Source: Ranitomeya imitator (taxonomy: Eukaryota). Taken from it: DNA of 64,000 nucleotides. Below, in pieces: positions 36,701 to 50,549 of this stretch. Position numbers and translations under genes: made by a program. Each line of letters starts with the position of its first letter. Positions within the stretch are counted from its first letter, which is position 1. The notes below the pieces were generated by a model, which saw only the letters and a list, made by a program, of their open reading frames with translations, did no database searches and was not told the origin of the DNA. The stretch spans positions 223,200,001 to 223,264,000 of the forward strand of contig NC_091288.1 of NCBI RefSeq assembly GCF_032444005.1, in the 5' to 3' direction.

Positions 36701-39700
36701 ACCATATACAGCAGTCAGGACTTGAGATGGGATCCAGAGTATTAGGCGTCACGCTTACTCCGGGGTATGAGGTGCTCAGCAGCTGAAAACTAATAGTTCA
36801 TTTGTACTCATAAGTAAGAAAATATGCGGCACTCACCCCAAATTCTGCAGTGGAAAGCGTGAATTGTAATGGAAAACTTCAACAGATAAACATCCGTTAC
36901 AACATAAGGTAAGCAGGAAGGTGCGGTGTTGGAGCTTGGACGACGGCCGTTTCGCACAGCAGGCGCTTCAACGGGTCCAGATGGTAGATTGCTACACGTC
37001 ATTTCCTTATAAAGGTTTCTTGACGTGCAAGCGTTATTCAGAAAGTGAAAATACATACATATCAAATGTGTGAAATAGTGACAAATTATAACATAATCTA
37101 CATAAACAGAACCTGCAATATAAAGGATTAATGCAATTAGTATTTTATACAACATTAAATATTAAATATTCTTATTAGTAATATTGCTTTTTATTTTTTA
37201 CTTTTTAAGAGCTATATTTATAGTATTTTTCCGACCTATACTATTATAAAAATACAGACATGTCGAGCCTGTCGTTTAATCCTATCGGACCTTGTGCGTT
37301 AGCATTTAGGATCCATTTGGCTTCTTTTTGTAATAGTAGCCTGTCTTGATCACCTCCCTGCGGGGGAAATTTAACTATTTCAATGCCTGCAAAACTGAGC
37401 AACTCCGGGTTGGTTTCATGTTTGTCTCTCGTGTTCTATTAGTCTTAGACAGCCTTTTCCCGTTCTGATTGAATTATAGTGCTCTCTGAACCTCACAATC
37501 AAAGGTCTTATTGTCTTGCCGATATAGAAATACCGGCACGGACAGAACAAAACATATATCACATATTTGCTTTTACAGAAGATAAAATCTTTTACCCTAT
37601 GTGTAATAGAACCTATTTTCAAAGGATTTTTTGTTACATGAAGGTGGCAGAATCTGCAATTGCCGCATTTATGGTTCCCTACAGCAGTATTACTAGTTAA
37701 CCATGTATTTTTAGAAGACAATAATCTGTTATGCAGCAATAAATCAGACAAATTGTGGGCACGCTTATATGCAAACTTTGGAGCATTTTTATATATTGAT
37801 ACAAGATCTTTATCTGTTTGTAATATGTGCCAGTTTTTTCTGATGGAGGCATGAATAGCCTTATCCATATTACTGTGCTTAAAACAGAATGAAAAATTAC
37901 TGTCAATTTTTTCACTCTTCTTTTTTCTTTTTAGAAAATCGGATTGAGTATATTTATTTATCCGAGTTTCGGCTTCTTTTAGTAGCTGTGAAGGGTAACC
38001 TCTTTTTAGGAAGCGGGTTTTTAATTCATTTATCTGTTTATTAAATGTTATATCGCTGTTATTAATTTTACGCAATCTCGTCATTTGGCTGTATGGCAGC
38101 CCTCTTTTCGTGTGCAAGGGATGAGCACTCCCGAAATGGAGAATATTATTGGTAGCAGTTTGCTTCCTAAATACTTTGGTAAAAATATTTCCTTCTATAA
38201 TTTACATTTTGACATCCAAATATTCGAGATTGTCATTCCCAAAACAATAGGTAAATCTCATATTTTCACTATTGGAAAGATTCAAATATTCCACAAATTC
38301 CCTAAACTCTATTTCATTACCATCCCATATGATCATAATGTCATCCACAAATCTAGTATAGAATCGAATATGCTTCAAGAAGGGGTTATTGATATTATTG
38401 ACATATGTATCCTCAGATACTGCTAGGAACAAATTTGCATATGTACAAGAGATGGGCGTACCCATTGCAGTTCCAATTAGTTGTGTATACCATCTATCCA
38501 TAAATTTAAATGAATTATTTGATAATATAAAATCCAAACTGTCCAATATAAACGCAATAATTTCTGGATCTAGTTCCCTTTTGAGTAGAATTGTTTGAAT
38601 GGCCTGTATACCTTTTTCCTTTGGGATTCGGGTGAATAAATTCACTACATCAATAGATGCTAAAGCAAACGTAGGTTGCCAATCTACCTCTTAAGATTGA
38701 TACTAATGCACATATTACAAACAGATAAAGATCTTGTATCAATATATAAAAATGCTCCAAAGTTTGCATATAAGCGTGCCCACAATTTGTCTGATTTATT
38801 GCTGCATAACAGATTATTGTCTTCTAAAAATACATGGTTAACTAGTAATACTGCTGTAGGGAACCATAAATGCGGCAATTGCAGATTCTGCCACCTTCAT
38901 GTCACAAAAAATCCTTTGAAAATAGGTTCTATTACACATAGGGTAAAAGATTTTATCTTCTGTAAAAGCAAATATGTGATATATGTTTTGTTCTGTCCGT
39001 GCCGGTATTTCTATATCGGCAAGACAATAAGACCTTTGATTGTGAGGTTCAGAGAGCACTATAATTCAATCAGAACGGGAAAAGGCTGTCTAAGACTAAT
39101 AGAACACATGAGAGACAAACATGAAACCAACCCGGAGTTGCTCAGTTTTGCAGGCATTGAAATAGTTAAATCTCCCCCGCAGGGAGGTGATCAAGACAGG
39201 CTACTATTACAAAAAGAAGCCAAATGGATCCTAAATGCTAACGCACAAGGTCCGATAGGATTAAACGACAGGCTCGACATGTCTGTATTTTTATAATAGT
39301 ATAGGTCGGAAAAATACTATAAATATAGCTCTTAAAAAGTAAAAAATAAAAAGCAATATTACTAATAAGAATATTTAATATTTAATGTTGTATAAAATAC
39401 TAATTGCATTAATCCTTTATATTGCAGGTTCTGTTTATGTAGATTATGTTATAATTTGTCACTATTTCACACATTTGATATGTATGTATTTTCACTTTCT
39501 GAATAACGCTTGCACGTCAAGAAACCTTTATAAGGAAATGACGTGTAGCAATCTACCATCTGGACCCGTTGAAGCGCCTGCTGTGCGAAACGGCCGTCGT
39601 CCAAGCTCCAACACCGCACCCTCCTGCTTACCTTATGTTGTAACGGATGTTTATCTGTTGAAGTTTTCCATTACAATTCACGCTTTCCACTGCAGAATTT

Positions 39701-42700
39701 GGGGTGAGTGCCGCATATTTTCTTACTTATGAGTATATATAATAGTGCCATACAGTATATATAATAGTGCCATACAGTATATATAATAGTGCCATACAGT
39801 ACATACATAATAGTGCCATACAATGTCTATAGAGTAGTGCCATACAGTACATATATAATAGTGCCATACAGTACATATATAATAGTGCCATACAGTACAT
39901 ATATAATAGTGCCATACAGTACATATATAATAGTGCCATACAAAGTCTATAGAGTAGTGCCATACAGTACATATATAATAGTGCCATACAAAGTCTATAG
40001 AGTAGTGCTATACAGTAGATATATAATAGTGCCATACAAAGTCTATAGAGTAGTAACATACAGTACATATATAATAGTGCCATACAATGTCTATAGAGTA
40101 GTGCCATACAGTACATATATAATAGTGCCATACAGTGCATATATAATAGTGCCATACAAAGTCTATAGAGTAGTGCTATACAGTAGATATATAATAGTGC
40201 CATACAAAGTCTATAGAGTAGTAACATACAGTACATATATAATAGTGCCATACAATGTCTATAGAGTAGTGCCATACAGTACATATATAATAGTGCCATA
40301 CAGTGCATATATAATAGTGCCATACAAAGTCTATAGAGTAGTGCTATACAGTAGATATATAATAGTGCCATACAATGTCTATAGAGTAGTGCCATACAGT
40401 ACATATATAATAGTGCCATACAGTGCATATATAATAGTGCCATACAAAGTCTATAGAGTAGTGCTATACAGTAGATATATAATAGTGCCATACAATGTCT
40501 ATAGAGTAGTGCCATACAGTGCATATATAATAGTGCCATACAAAGTCTATAGAGTAGTGCTATACAGTAGATATATAATAGTGCCATACAATGTCTATAG
40601 AGTGGTGCCATACAGTACATATATAATAGTGCCATACAGTGCATATATAATAGTGCCATACAAAGTCTATAGAGTAGTGCTATACAGTAGATATATAATA
40701 GTGCCATACAATGTCTATAGAGTGGTGCCATACAGTACATATATAATAGTGCCATACAGTGCATATATAATAGTGCCATACAAAGTCTATAGAGTAGTAA
40801 CATACAGTACATATATAATAGTGCCATACAATGTCTATAGAGTAGTGCCATACAGTACATATATAATAGTGCCATACAGTGCATATATAATAGTGCCATA
40901 CAAAGTCTATAGAGTAGTGCTATACAGTAGATATATAATAGTGCCATACAATGTCTATAGAGTGGTGCCATACAGTACATATATAATAGTGCCATACAAA
41001 GTCTATAGAGTAGTAACATACAGTACATATATAATAGTGCCATACAAAGTCTATAGAGTAGTAACATACAGTACATATATAATAGTGCCATACAATGTCT
41101 ATAGAGTAGTGCCATACAGTACATATATAATAGTGCCATACAGTGCATATATAATAGTGCCATACAAAGTCTATAGAGTAGTGCTATACAGTAGATATAT
41201 AATAGTGCCATACAATGTCTATAGAGTGGTGCCATACAGTACATATATAATAGTGCCATACAAAGTCTATAGAGTAGTGCTATACAGTAGATATATAATA
41301 GTGCCATACAATGTCTATAGAGTAGTGCCATACAGTACATATATAATAGTGCCATACAGTGCATATATAATAGTGCCATACAAAGTCTATAGAGTAGTGC
41401 TATACAGTAGATATATAATAGTGCCATACAATGTCTATAGAGTGGTGCCATACAGTACATATATAATAGTGCCATACAAAGTCTATAGAGTAGTGCTATA
41501 CAGTAGATATATAATAGTGTCATACAGTGCATACTTAATAGTGCCATACAATGTCTATAGAGTGGTGCCATACAGTACATATATAATAGTGCCATACAAA
41601 GTCTATAGAGTAGTGCCATACAGTGCATATATAATAGTGCCATACAAAGTCTATAGAGTAGTGCTATACAGTAGATATATAATAGTGCCATACAATGTCT
41701 ATAGAGTAGTGCCATACAGTGCATATATAATAGTGCCATACAAAGTCTATAGAGTAGTGCTATACAGTAGATGTATAATAGTGCCATACAAAGTCTATAG
41801 AGTAGTGCCATACAGTGCATATATAATAGTGCCATACAATGTCTATAGAGTGGTGCCATACAGTACATATATAATAGTGCCATACAAAGTCTATAGAGTA
41901 GTGCTATACAGTAGATATATAATAGTGCCATACAATGTCTATAGAGTAGTGCCATACAGTACATATATAATAGTGCCATACAGTGCATATATAATAGTGC
42001 CATACAAAGTCTATAGAGTAGTGCTATACAGTAGATATATAATAGTGCCATACAATGTCTATAGAGTGGTGCCATACAGTACATATATAATAGTGCCATA
42101 CAAAGTCTATAGAGTAGTGCCATACAGTACATATATAATTGTGCCATACAAAGTCTATAGAGTAGTGCTATACAGTAGATGTATAATAGTGCCATACAGT
42201 GCATACTTAATAGTGCCATACAATGTCTATAGAGTAGTGCCATACAGTACATATATAATAGTGCCATACAGTGCATATATAATAGTGCCATACAAAGTCT
42301 ATAGAGTAGTGCTATACAGTAGATATATAATAGTGCCATACAATGTCTATAGAGTAGTAACATACAGTACATATATAAAAGTGCCATACAATGCCTATAG
42401 AGTAGTGCTATACAGTACATATATAAAAGTGCCATACAATGCCTATAGAGTAGTGCCATACAGTACATATATAGTAGTGCCATACAATGCCTATAGAGTA
42501 GTGCCATACAATGCCTATAGAGTAGTGCTATACAATGCCTATAGAGTAGTGCCATACAGTACATATATAGTAGTGCCATACAGTACATATAGAGTAGTGC
42601 TATACAGTAGATATATAATAGTGCCATACCGTACATACATAATAGTGCCATACAATGTATATAGAGTAGTGCCATACAATGTCTATAGAGTAGTGCCATA

Positions 42701-44405
42701 CAGTACATATATAATTGTGCCATACAAAGTCTATAGAGTAGTGCTATACAGTAGATGTATAATAGTGCCATACAGTGCATACTTAATAGTGCCATACAAT
42801 GTCTATAGAGTAGTGCCATACAGTACATATATAATAGTGCCATACAGTGCATATATAATAGTGCCATACAAAGTCTATAGAGTAGTGCTATACAGTAGAT
42901 ATATAATAGTGCCATACAGTGCATACTTAATAGTGCCATACAATGTCTATAGAGTAGTGCCATACAGTACATATATAATAGTGCCATACAGTGCATATAT
43001 AATAGTGCCATACAATGTCTATAGAGTAGTGCTATACAGTACATATATAGTAGTGCCATACAGTACATATATAGTAGTGCCATACAGTACATATAGAGTA
43101 GTGCTATACAGTAGATATATAATAGTGCCATACAGTGCATATATAATAGTGCCATACAATGTATATAGAGTAGTGCCATACAATGTCTATAGAGTAGTGC
43201 TATACAGTGCATATATAATAGTGCCATACCGTACATATATAATAGTGCCATACAATGTCTATAGAGTAGTGCTATACAGTGCATATATAATAGTGCTATA
43301 CAGTACATATATAAAAGTGCCATACAATGCCTATAGAGTAGTGCTATACAGTACATATATAAAAGTGCTATACAATGCCTATAGAGTAGTGCCATACAGT
43401 ACATATATAGTAGTGCCATACAGTACATATAGAGTAGTGCTATACAGTAGATATATAATAGTGCCATACAGTGCATATATAATAGTGCCATACAATGTAT
43501 ATAGAGTAGTGCCATACAATGTCTATAGAGTAGTGCTATACAGTGCATATATAATAGTGCCATACCGTACATATATAATAGTGCCATACAATGTCTATAG
43601 AGTAGTGCTATACAGTGCATATATAATAGTGCCATACAGTGCATATATAATAGTGCCATACAATGTATATAGAGTAGTGCCATACAATGTCTATAGAGTA
43701 GTGCCATACAGTGCATATATAATAGTGCCATACAGTGCATATATAATAGTGCCATACAGTGCATATATAATAGTGCCATACAATGTATATAGAGTAGTGC
43801 CATACAATGTCTATAGAGTAGTACTATACAGTGCATATATAATAGTGCCATACCGTACATATATAATAGTGCCATACAATGTCTATAGAGTAGTACTATA
43901 CAGTGCATATATAATAGTGCCATACCGTACATATATAATAGTGCCATACAATGTCTATAGAGTAGTGCCATACAGTGCATATAATAGTTCCATACAGTAA
44001 GTAAAAAGTGCCATAGAGAGCACATATAATGGTGCCATCCACTACTGGTACAACAGTGCCTACTGTATATATTAATGTGAGAAGCATTATTGGCAGCTTC
44101 TCCTGTAGGATTCCTCGCCATGTTGTGTCTGTAGAAATACATCACCTTAGGAGCATTGACCTGACGGACCCCCGGAATCATTGTGCCTCATTGTGAACCT
44201 TCTCTTGTCTCCAGGGCTCCAGAGTGAAGGTCCAAGGAAGGACACCAGTGCTCTGCGTCTGGGACTTGGGGAGATGTGGTCTCCACGGACCGTCGTCCTG
44301 CTCGCTGGGTGGCCACTTGCCATATTCTTGGCCGTACTGTTCCTGGCTAGAAGTTTATGTATTAGTATGAGAAAGAAGAAGCGTTGTCTGATCAGCATCC
44401 TATAA
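30760..44405 (+). CDS. Single V-set Ig-domain type I membrane receptor (CD300/TREM/pIgR-like architecture), short-tail form, 199 aa
   Basis: Signal exon 30760-30817 (MATCRRRAPALVMYLLLQN, donor GTGAGT, phase 1), V exon 36015-36365 (phase 1-1), TM exon 44215-44405; AATAAA at 44940-44945. Confidence 0.8.
31255..32640. repeat. 50-bp minisatellite (Ig gene intron 1)
   Basis: GAGCTGAAATGTGCAGGAGGAGTAGACCCAGAATCACAGGGGTAGATCCT units. Confidence 0.95.
34220..35060 (+). mobile_element. Gypsy/Ty3 integrase remnant
   Basis: VPLPIPEVPFDCIAMDLV, KGHQYILVILDYATQYLEAVPL, DEGTPF and FSIRKVPQASTGFSLFELLHG, with stops and frameshifts. Confidence 0.85.
34587..34772. mobile_element. hAT-type MITE inside the integrase remnant
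   Basis: TIR cagtgttccccaag / cttggggaacactg; TSD ctttagta / ctttagaa. Confidence 0.8.
35280..35830. repeat. Diverged continuation of the 50-bp minisatellite family
   Basis: GGATCTGAAATGTGCAGGAGGGGTAGACCCAGAATCGCA units. Confidence 0.85.
36015..36365 (+). CDS. Ig V-set domain exon
   Basis: ttttccAG acceptor, GTaacc donor, 351 bp. B-strand Cys (VLPC), C-strand Trp (HILW), DSGQYQC motif and an extra Cys pair (LWDC...PDC). Confidence 0.9.
36659..39732 (-). mobile_element. 5'-truncated Penelope-like element (RT + GIY-YIG) with a ~1-kb inverted duplication of its 3' end
   Basis: RT motifs SIDVVNLFTRIP, GTAMG, RFVDD (38202-38670 minus); GIY-YIG CKSKYVIYVLFCPCRYFYIGKT on both strands; inverted arms 36805-37830 and 38708-39735; TSD gtatatataatagt (36645-36658 / 39733-39746). 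Confidence 0.95.
39733..44000. repeat. 24-bp satellite (GCCATACAGTACATATATAATAGT / GCCATACAATGTCTATAGAGTAGT); short left remnant at ~36560-36658
   Basis: 8-aa periodicity of the 1484- and 1403-aa track ORFs; two main monomer types interleaved. Confidence 0.97.
44215..44405 (+). CDS. Stalk/TM/short basic tail exon of the Ig receptor
   Basis: ttgtctccAG acceptor, phase 1; TM TVVLLAGWPLAIFLAVLFLA followed by the stop-transfer MRKKKR. Confidence 0.8.
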
Positions 44406-45596
44406 AGTGACGGAGGTGGCGAAACTGAGGGTCCGGAACACGACCACGAGAAGAGGGTCCAAGGGTCACATGTCAGTGGTGTCCACTACGCTGAAGACTT
44501 GGATAGTGCAGAGTAGATGGGACATGGACACCAACCGTCCATGGAAGGTGGAGACCACAGAACGTTCACCCAAGAGATGTGTCCGAGAAGCAGGACGTCG
44601 CCTTCTGGACACAGTGGACCCCAGCTCAGATTAGGGCCGAGAGTCTCCTGGAGGCCAAGGATGGACAATCTGCCCGTGTTCACAGACATTTTTCCAGACT
44701 TCCAGAGTTACTGGCATCACATGGAGTCCTGTGCCTTCTTCTGGATCCACTCTTGGGCTGTAGGCCTCCATGGACTCGTGTCCACCTTCAGCCTTACAAA
44801 CTATGAACAATGTAACTATTCCGCCATCGTTCTTTGGATTTTGTTTCCACCGTGTTCATTCTGCAGTGAAGATGTCCTGACCGCGCGATTCTTCAGGTCG
44901 GGGAGATTATGGTGACACCAAACTCATTTCTTTTAACATAATAAAAAAATTAAGTGGTACATTTTTTTTTTTAGAATTTTGTTGCAAAACATTTGGTTTG
45001 TGCTGTCTTTTTCTGAGCCCCGTAAGATTTTTTATACATTGTTCTGTTGATGGAGCAGCAATTTTTGGGGGTCTGCAGCGGCACCATGTTGGGGTACACA
45101 GGACATTCTGACTGCAGTTTGTAGCATTTTGATTAGTTTTTTTCCTGTTTTCAGATTTTTATAGTTTATTAGTGCGGACACAAAGCTCACAGCAATACAA
45201 AATATATTGTGCTTCTACTTTTTGCTATTTGGGGGAACCTAGGTGATTTCAAGGTTTTTTTTACTTTGAGGATTTTATTTATATTTTTTTTGCAATAAAT
45301 ATTTTTGACATATAACTTTTAGACTTGGAAGCGAATACTTAACTAATCAGTCCGTCTCCTAATAATGGGGGAAATGCTGTGACGTCTTTGATTCTTTTTT
45401 TTCCCCTTTTTTGGGGGAACAAAAAACATGGGATCAATTACGTTTTTCTGTCCGTTGCAATATGGTGTGAACCTGAGAAGACGAGACCAGAAGAACATTT
45501 TTTACCTCCTTTTGGCGATTTTAGTCTTTCAGTGTCTGCACCTGCACATACATCGGAGCACAGTTGTCACGATTCCCACCGTGACCGTCACCCCTA

Positions 45597-46966
45597 TGTC
45601 ACGGATCGGGGTGACTTTAGGCCAACAGACGGCTATCACATGTGCAGGGGGGCTTATCTTAGTTAACCCTCCACTGCTACACTGTGATGAAAAAAAACAC
45701 ACACAAGGTTATTGGCCTATTAGTTTACAGCAGGGGCTTATTTTAGGGATTTATGTATATCCCGCTGTACAGTTCCGCTTGAGAACTTGCAGCTCTCTGG
45801 CGCCCCCTTACCTCAGGTCAGATTAGGTACTGCACCTGGGGTAATTAGTCACCAGAAAGACTGCCTGCTATGTACGGGCTATTGGGCACGCTGCAGCGAG
45901 GCGATATAACTACTCCCACTCAGGCAGGAACAGTAATTATCAACGCCGCCGTCGCTACAACGACTCCCAAATACCCAGAACAAGGTATGCCGCCACAAGC
46001 TTCGATTAAACTGGTCCAAAGCCAACCCAAAACAGTAGCGTAATTCACTTCAGAAGGCGTAGGGTACGTTTTAGAGCAAGAACGAAACTAATAGTTTTAT
46101 AGTTTACTCTGAAAGATTAGGCAGGGTTTATACAAAATATCACAAGGATGTTACAATAAGAGACAATTGAAAGTATGTACAAAGTAATTATAAAATAACA
46201 GGGATTAAATGAGAAATTAACACTTACATGTGTTCAGATCCTTTCAGGTAAAACCAGGCTAGTGGGCGGAGCTCCAAATATCCCAGTTCATCAGGGCTGG
46301 CAGTAAGAGCTCCTCAGGTAAGACTGAAGGCTGGCTTAAAGTGGAGTCACTTATACCTGCAGCCTGGTGACATCACTAAAGGGATTGCGTGAATATCGCC
46401 CTCCCCTCTCCTCAGCTGTAGTTTTCTCAAACAATGCTTATAATTCTTGTATTTTCGTTCCCGAACATGTCAGAATCACAGCACACCCCTCATTCATCTT
46501 CTTTTACAATTGGCTTTCTATTGGTACCAAATTTAGGCTAGTTGGGACATACAGTTCTGGAGAAATCCGTACTCGTTGGAATTAGAGGCTCGCGCTTACA
46601 GTGGCTGACAGATCCGCCGATGGAGATTTGCAACATGGACTTATTATTTTCCTAGCCCAAATCGGTGGCCCAATATCTTACTATAACAGAACAAAGAACC
46701 GCATGTCTTGAGAGAGAGATATCAGACCAGTTTTAGCTGGTCCAATTGTCTATTGTAGCTACAGCGGTCGTATAAATTCTTGTGGTGGGAGGGAATGAGT
46801 GAGTTGCCCAGAATCTGGAATTTGCAGCTAGAAGCAATAAAGCCTCTTCTACACACACATTTCAACAATCAGAAACACCGAGAGAAGGGGATTTTTTTAG
46901 CCCACAGCATGGGTGCTAACAGGCAAAGCTACAAAATCATATTACATTTCATACATTATCGTGACA
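45597..46966. mobile_element. LTR-like element, with probable internal sequence to ~47330
   Basis: TGTCACG...CGTGACA inverted termini; no TSD found. Confidence 0.5.
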
Positions 46967-47359
46967 GTCTTCTGCGGTTTAGGTGTGAACGCACCGTATA
47001 AAAGTGAACACCGTCCAATCTAACGCTCTACTTTCTCTCAACGAGACCAGCAGGCAAGTTCTCAGCCCAAATAGGGGATCAGCGATTCTTTCCAAGACTC
47101 TCGCAGGAGATTTTTGACTTCAGGTGAGATGGTTGGTCCTAAAATTTGTTATTTTTGCTCTTTTATCCATAATATTAAATGATTTGCGAGTCTCAGTTGC
47201 TTTGAGAACGGTTTTGGGAGTTTCCAAACTTATTACAATGTCAAGAGAAAGCCCCGTAGGCTGCGTGTGATCCTTCGAGGGATATTCCATCATTATAGAT
47301 GGATATTATCGGATGGTGCTGATAAAAACACTTGTACAATTTACTGCTTATTTACATGT

Positions 47360-48000
47360 GTAGCCATTCTTGAGATATTAACACTTTGCTTTTGTGTACA
47401 GCTCGTTGCCTAGGAGACCGACCACCGCTGCTGTTTAGCTTGTAAGCACAGCGTGGCAGCCACACAGTATGAGGAGCTAAAAGCATAGCTCAGTGAACAC
47501 AGCTAGCTTCAGAGCAGCACCTACAAGCTTAAAGAGCCCGTAAGGCTATGTGCACACATTCAGGATTTCTTGCAGACATTTCCTGAGCAAAACCGGACTT
47601 TTTCTGCAGGAAATCCGCATGCGTTTTTTTTTTTTGCGTTTTTGACTCGTTTTTGCACGTTTTATGCCTTTTTGATGCGTTTTTTCCCCAGAGCTTCCCA
47701 GTGCATTAAATAGCGAGAAAAACGCAAAAAATCTGCAAAATGAATGAACATGCTGCGTTTTATTACCGCGATGCGTTTTTTTTTGCGGAAAAAAACCTCA
47801 TCATGTGAACAAAAATTGCGGAATGCATTCTTAGTGATGGGATGCATAATGTATGCGTTTTTTATAGAGAAAAAAAACACGAAAAATCCGCAACGTGTGC
47901 ACACAGCCTAAATGCTATGCAGCGGTGGTCGGTGTCCTAAGCAACAAGCTGTAAACAAAACAAAAAAGAGGTAATATCTTAAGAACGGCTGAAAATTGTA
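47360..48000. mobile_element. Palindromic MITE hosting a nested MITE
   Basis: Inverted arms agccattcttgagatatt...gaccgaccaccgctgc / gcagcggtggtcggtgtc...aatatcttaagaacggct. Confidence 0.6.
47544..47908. mobile_element. PIF/Harbinger-type MITE
   Basis: TIR ggctatgtgcacac / gtgtgcacacagcc; TAA TSD on both sides. Confidence 0.8.
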
Positions 48001-48808
48001 AGAAACTTTAAATTGCAAAATTGAACATTTTTACGAGATCCATCCAACAATGTCCATTTTTGAAGGACCAGATCGTGGATGTAAACAAGGCTCCCCCTTT
48101 AAATCTGCATTCTGGCACTTCTTGTACACATCCTGGTGCTGACTGCCCAGTTTATACCGGTCGGCACAGAGCTTGATTGATCCGTACTCACATCAGTTTC
48201 AACAATAGGATCCGGTGGTCCGATCTGTGGGACATGGCCCAACTGTGATCCCTCTAATTATAGGATCTATAGGGTGTCTGAAATCGAAGAAATGTCTCAT
48301 GGACCATGATTTGCAGTCCCACTCCCTTCCTCCATTTGAAGTCCCTCAACCCCCCCACTTCATCAGTTGCAGTCCCCCTCCCTCCCTTTCATAATTTGCA
48401 GTCTCCCCTCACCATTACTTGTAGTCCCCTTCCTCCTCACCATCATTTGCTTTTAAATACAATTTCCAGCTCAGGAGAGGGAGGCCACACCCTGGCTTGC
48501 ACAGAATGCAAAAATACAAAGAAAAAAATAAAAATTGAGCTTGGTTTGAGTTGGTATGCATGCAGCACATAAATGCAAGATAAACACATGTTCACATTGG
48601 CCATAAAACATGCAAAACCTACAATAAAATGCAAAACCTACAATAGACAAAATGAGCAAAACCCCTGCTGTAACTAAGTTAAAAGCAAAAGTGCACTTAA
48701 ATAACACAGTTCTTAGTATAAAAGCCGGGTAGGAGGCAGAGCAAGTGTTAATGTTTAATTTAATAGGTATATACTTCTCACAGGGGGAAAACAGATTAAA
48801 CAGTATAA

Positions 48809-49809
48809 AGCCGGTTTCACATGTCAGTGGCTCCGGTACGTGAGGTGACAGTTTCCTCACGTACCGGAGACACTGACTCACGTAGACACATAAAAATCAA
48901 TGTGTCTCTGCACATGTCAGCGTGTTTTCACGGACCGTGTGTCCGTTTGAAAAACACGGAGACATGTCAGTGTTCGTGGGAGCGCACATATCACACGGAC
49001 CCATTAAAGTCAATGGGTCCGTGTAAACACGTACCACACACGGATGCTGTCCGTGTGCCGACTGGGTACCACACGGACCGTGCAGGAGACAGCGCTAAAG
49101 TTAAGCGCTGTCCCGAGTGTGGTGCTAAAGCCGGCATTCATTCCTTCTTCCCAGCAGAGAAGGAATGAAAAATCATTGTTTTTTTTTTTTTTTGTTGTTA
49201 AAATAAAGTTCTCGGTCAGCTCCCGCCTCCCTCTCCCTGTGCGCCCGCCCGCTGGCATTAAAATACTCTCCCAGCTCCCTCGATGCTTCCTCTCAGCATC
49301 GCAGCTTGTCCTGTATGAGCGGTCATGTGGTGCCGCTCATTACAGTGATGAATATGCGGCTCCACCCCTATGGGAGGTGGAGCTGCATATTCATCACTGT
49401 AATGAGCGGCACCACGTGACCGCTCATACAGGACAAGCTGCGACGCTGAGAGGAAGCATCGAGGGAGCTGGGTGAGTATTTCATTTCCAGCGGGCGGCGC
49501 ACAGGGGGCGGGAGGGGGGAGATTACCGGGAACTTTATTTTAACAACAAAAAAAATAAACAAACAATGATTTTTCATTCCTTCTCTGCTGGGAAGAAGGA
49601 ATGAATTCCGGATTCAGCACCCAAAGCAGGGGACAGCGCTTACTGTAGCGCTGTCTCCTGCACGGTCCGTGTGGTACCCAGTCGGCACACGGACGGCACA
49701 TGGCTGCCGCAGGTGTGCCACAGTGATGTGCCATGTGAGCACACGGACATGGATAACTCCAGTACCAATTTTTCCGGTACCGGAATTATCTGGACATGTG
49801 AGACCGGCC
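48809..49809. mobile_element. ~1-kb PIF/Harbinger-type MITE with a long internal palindrome
   Basis: TIR (a/g)gccggt(t/c)tcacatgtc; TAA TSD; internal inverted arms ~49135-49340 and ~49370-49610. Confidence 0.8.
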
Positions 49810-50549
49810 TAAAGGAACACAGGGGACGTAACTCAGGGGAAGCGGGTGTGAAGGATAGAGTAGGGAGTTCAAGGATAGCAAACTTATCAGTCTGACAACT
49901 TCAGAATACGGTTAGTTCAGGATGTGGACGTTGGCGCCAAAGCAGTGGCGCATAAGTATGGTCCTTGAAAAGATGGCATCCTGGTGGCAACGGTGATTCC
50001 TCGTGGTCCAGAGTAGTCCTGGAAAAGAGGATGTTTTGGCTCCTGGCGGCGACGATGAGCCGGACAGAGCACAGTCTTTAATGCAATAAGGAAAAAATCC
50101 GGCACTGAAAAAAAAAAAAATCATGAAAAATTTGTTTATTTAATGATCCCAATATAATTCATAACTTTTCGGTCTTTACGACCTTCATCAGACTAGGATA
50201 CAAAAGAACAGAAAAATAACATGAAAAAAACGATCCATTTTAAGCAGATATACATCAGAATAACACTTCAAATTAGTACCTAGTTCCTCCACTATACTGG
50301 ATCATATAATAAGAACATAAAGATTTTTATTCCTTAATTACTCATTCTATAAGGCTCACGGTTTTTGAAAAAAAAACTTCAAAATACTTATATCTTGATG
50401 AGGTACAGTTAGTTTAGAAACAAAGTATACAAAATAAACATCATTCCATAACTGGCGTCCAATAGTCAATGATACATATTATAGACAATGGGACAATGAC
50501 ATAGTATAAAGATGATCATCGCCATCAATTGTCACCTCAAATGGTATTC

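Noticed and set aside
38676-39296. Intact 206-aa GIY-YIG ORF as a domesticated nuclease gene
   Set aside because: It is the inverted 3' duplicate of the adjacent Penelope element, has a non-ATG start at the inversion junction and is nearly identical to the other arm, so it is young rather than domesticated.
39727-44181. 1484-aa and 1403-aa ORFs on opposite strands
   Set aside because: Both are translations of a 24-bp satellite whose monomers lack stops in one frame per strand; there are no domain features, and they lie in an intron.
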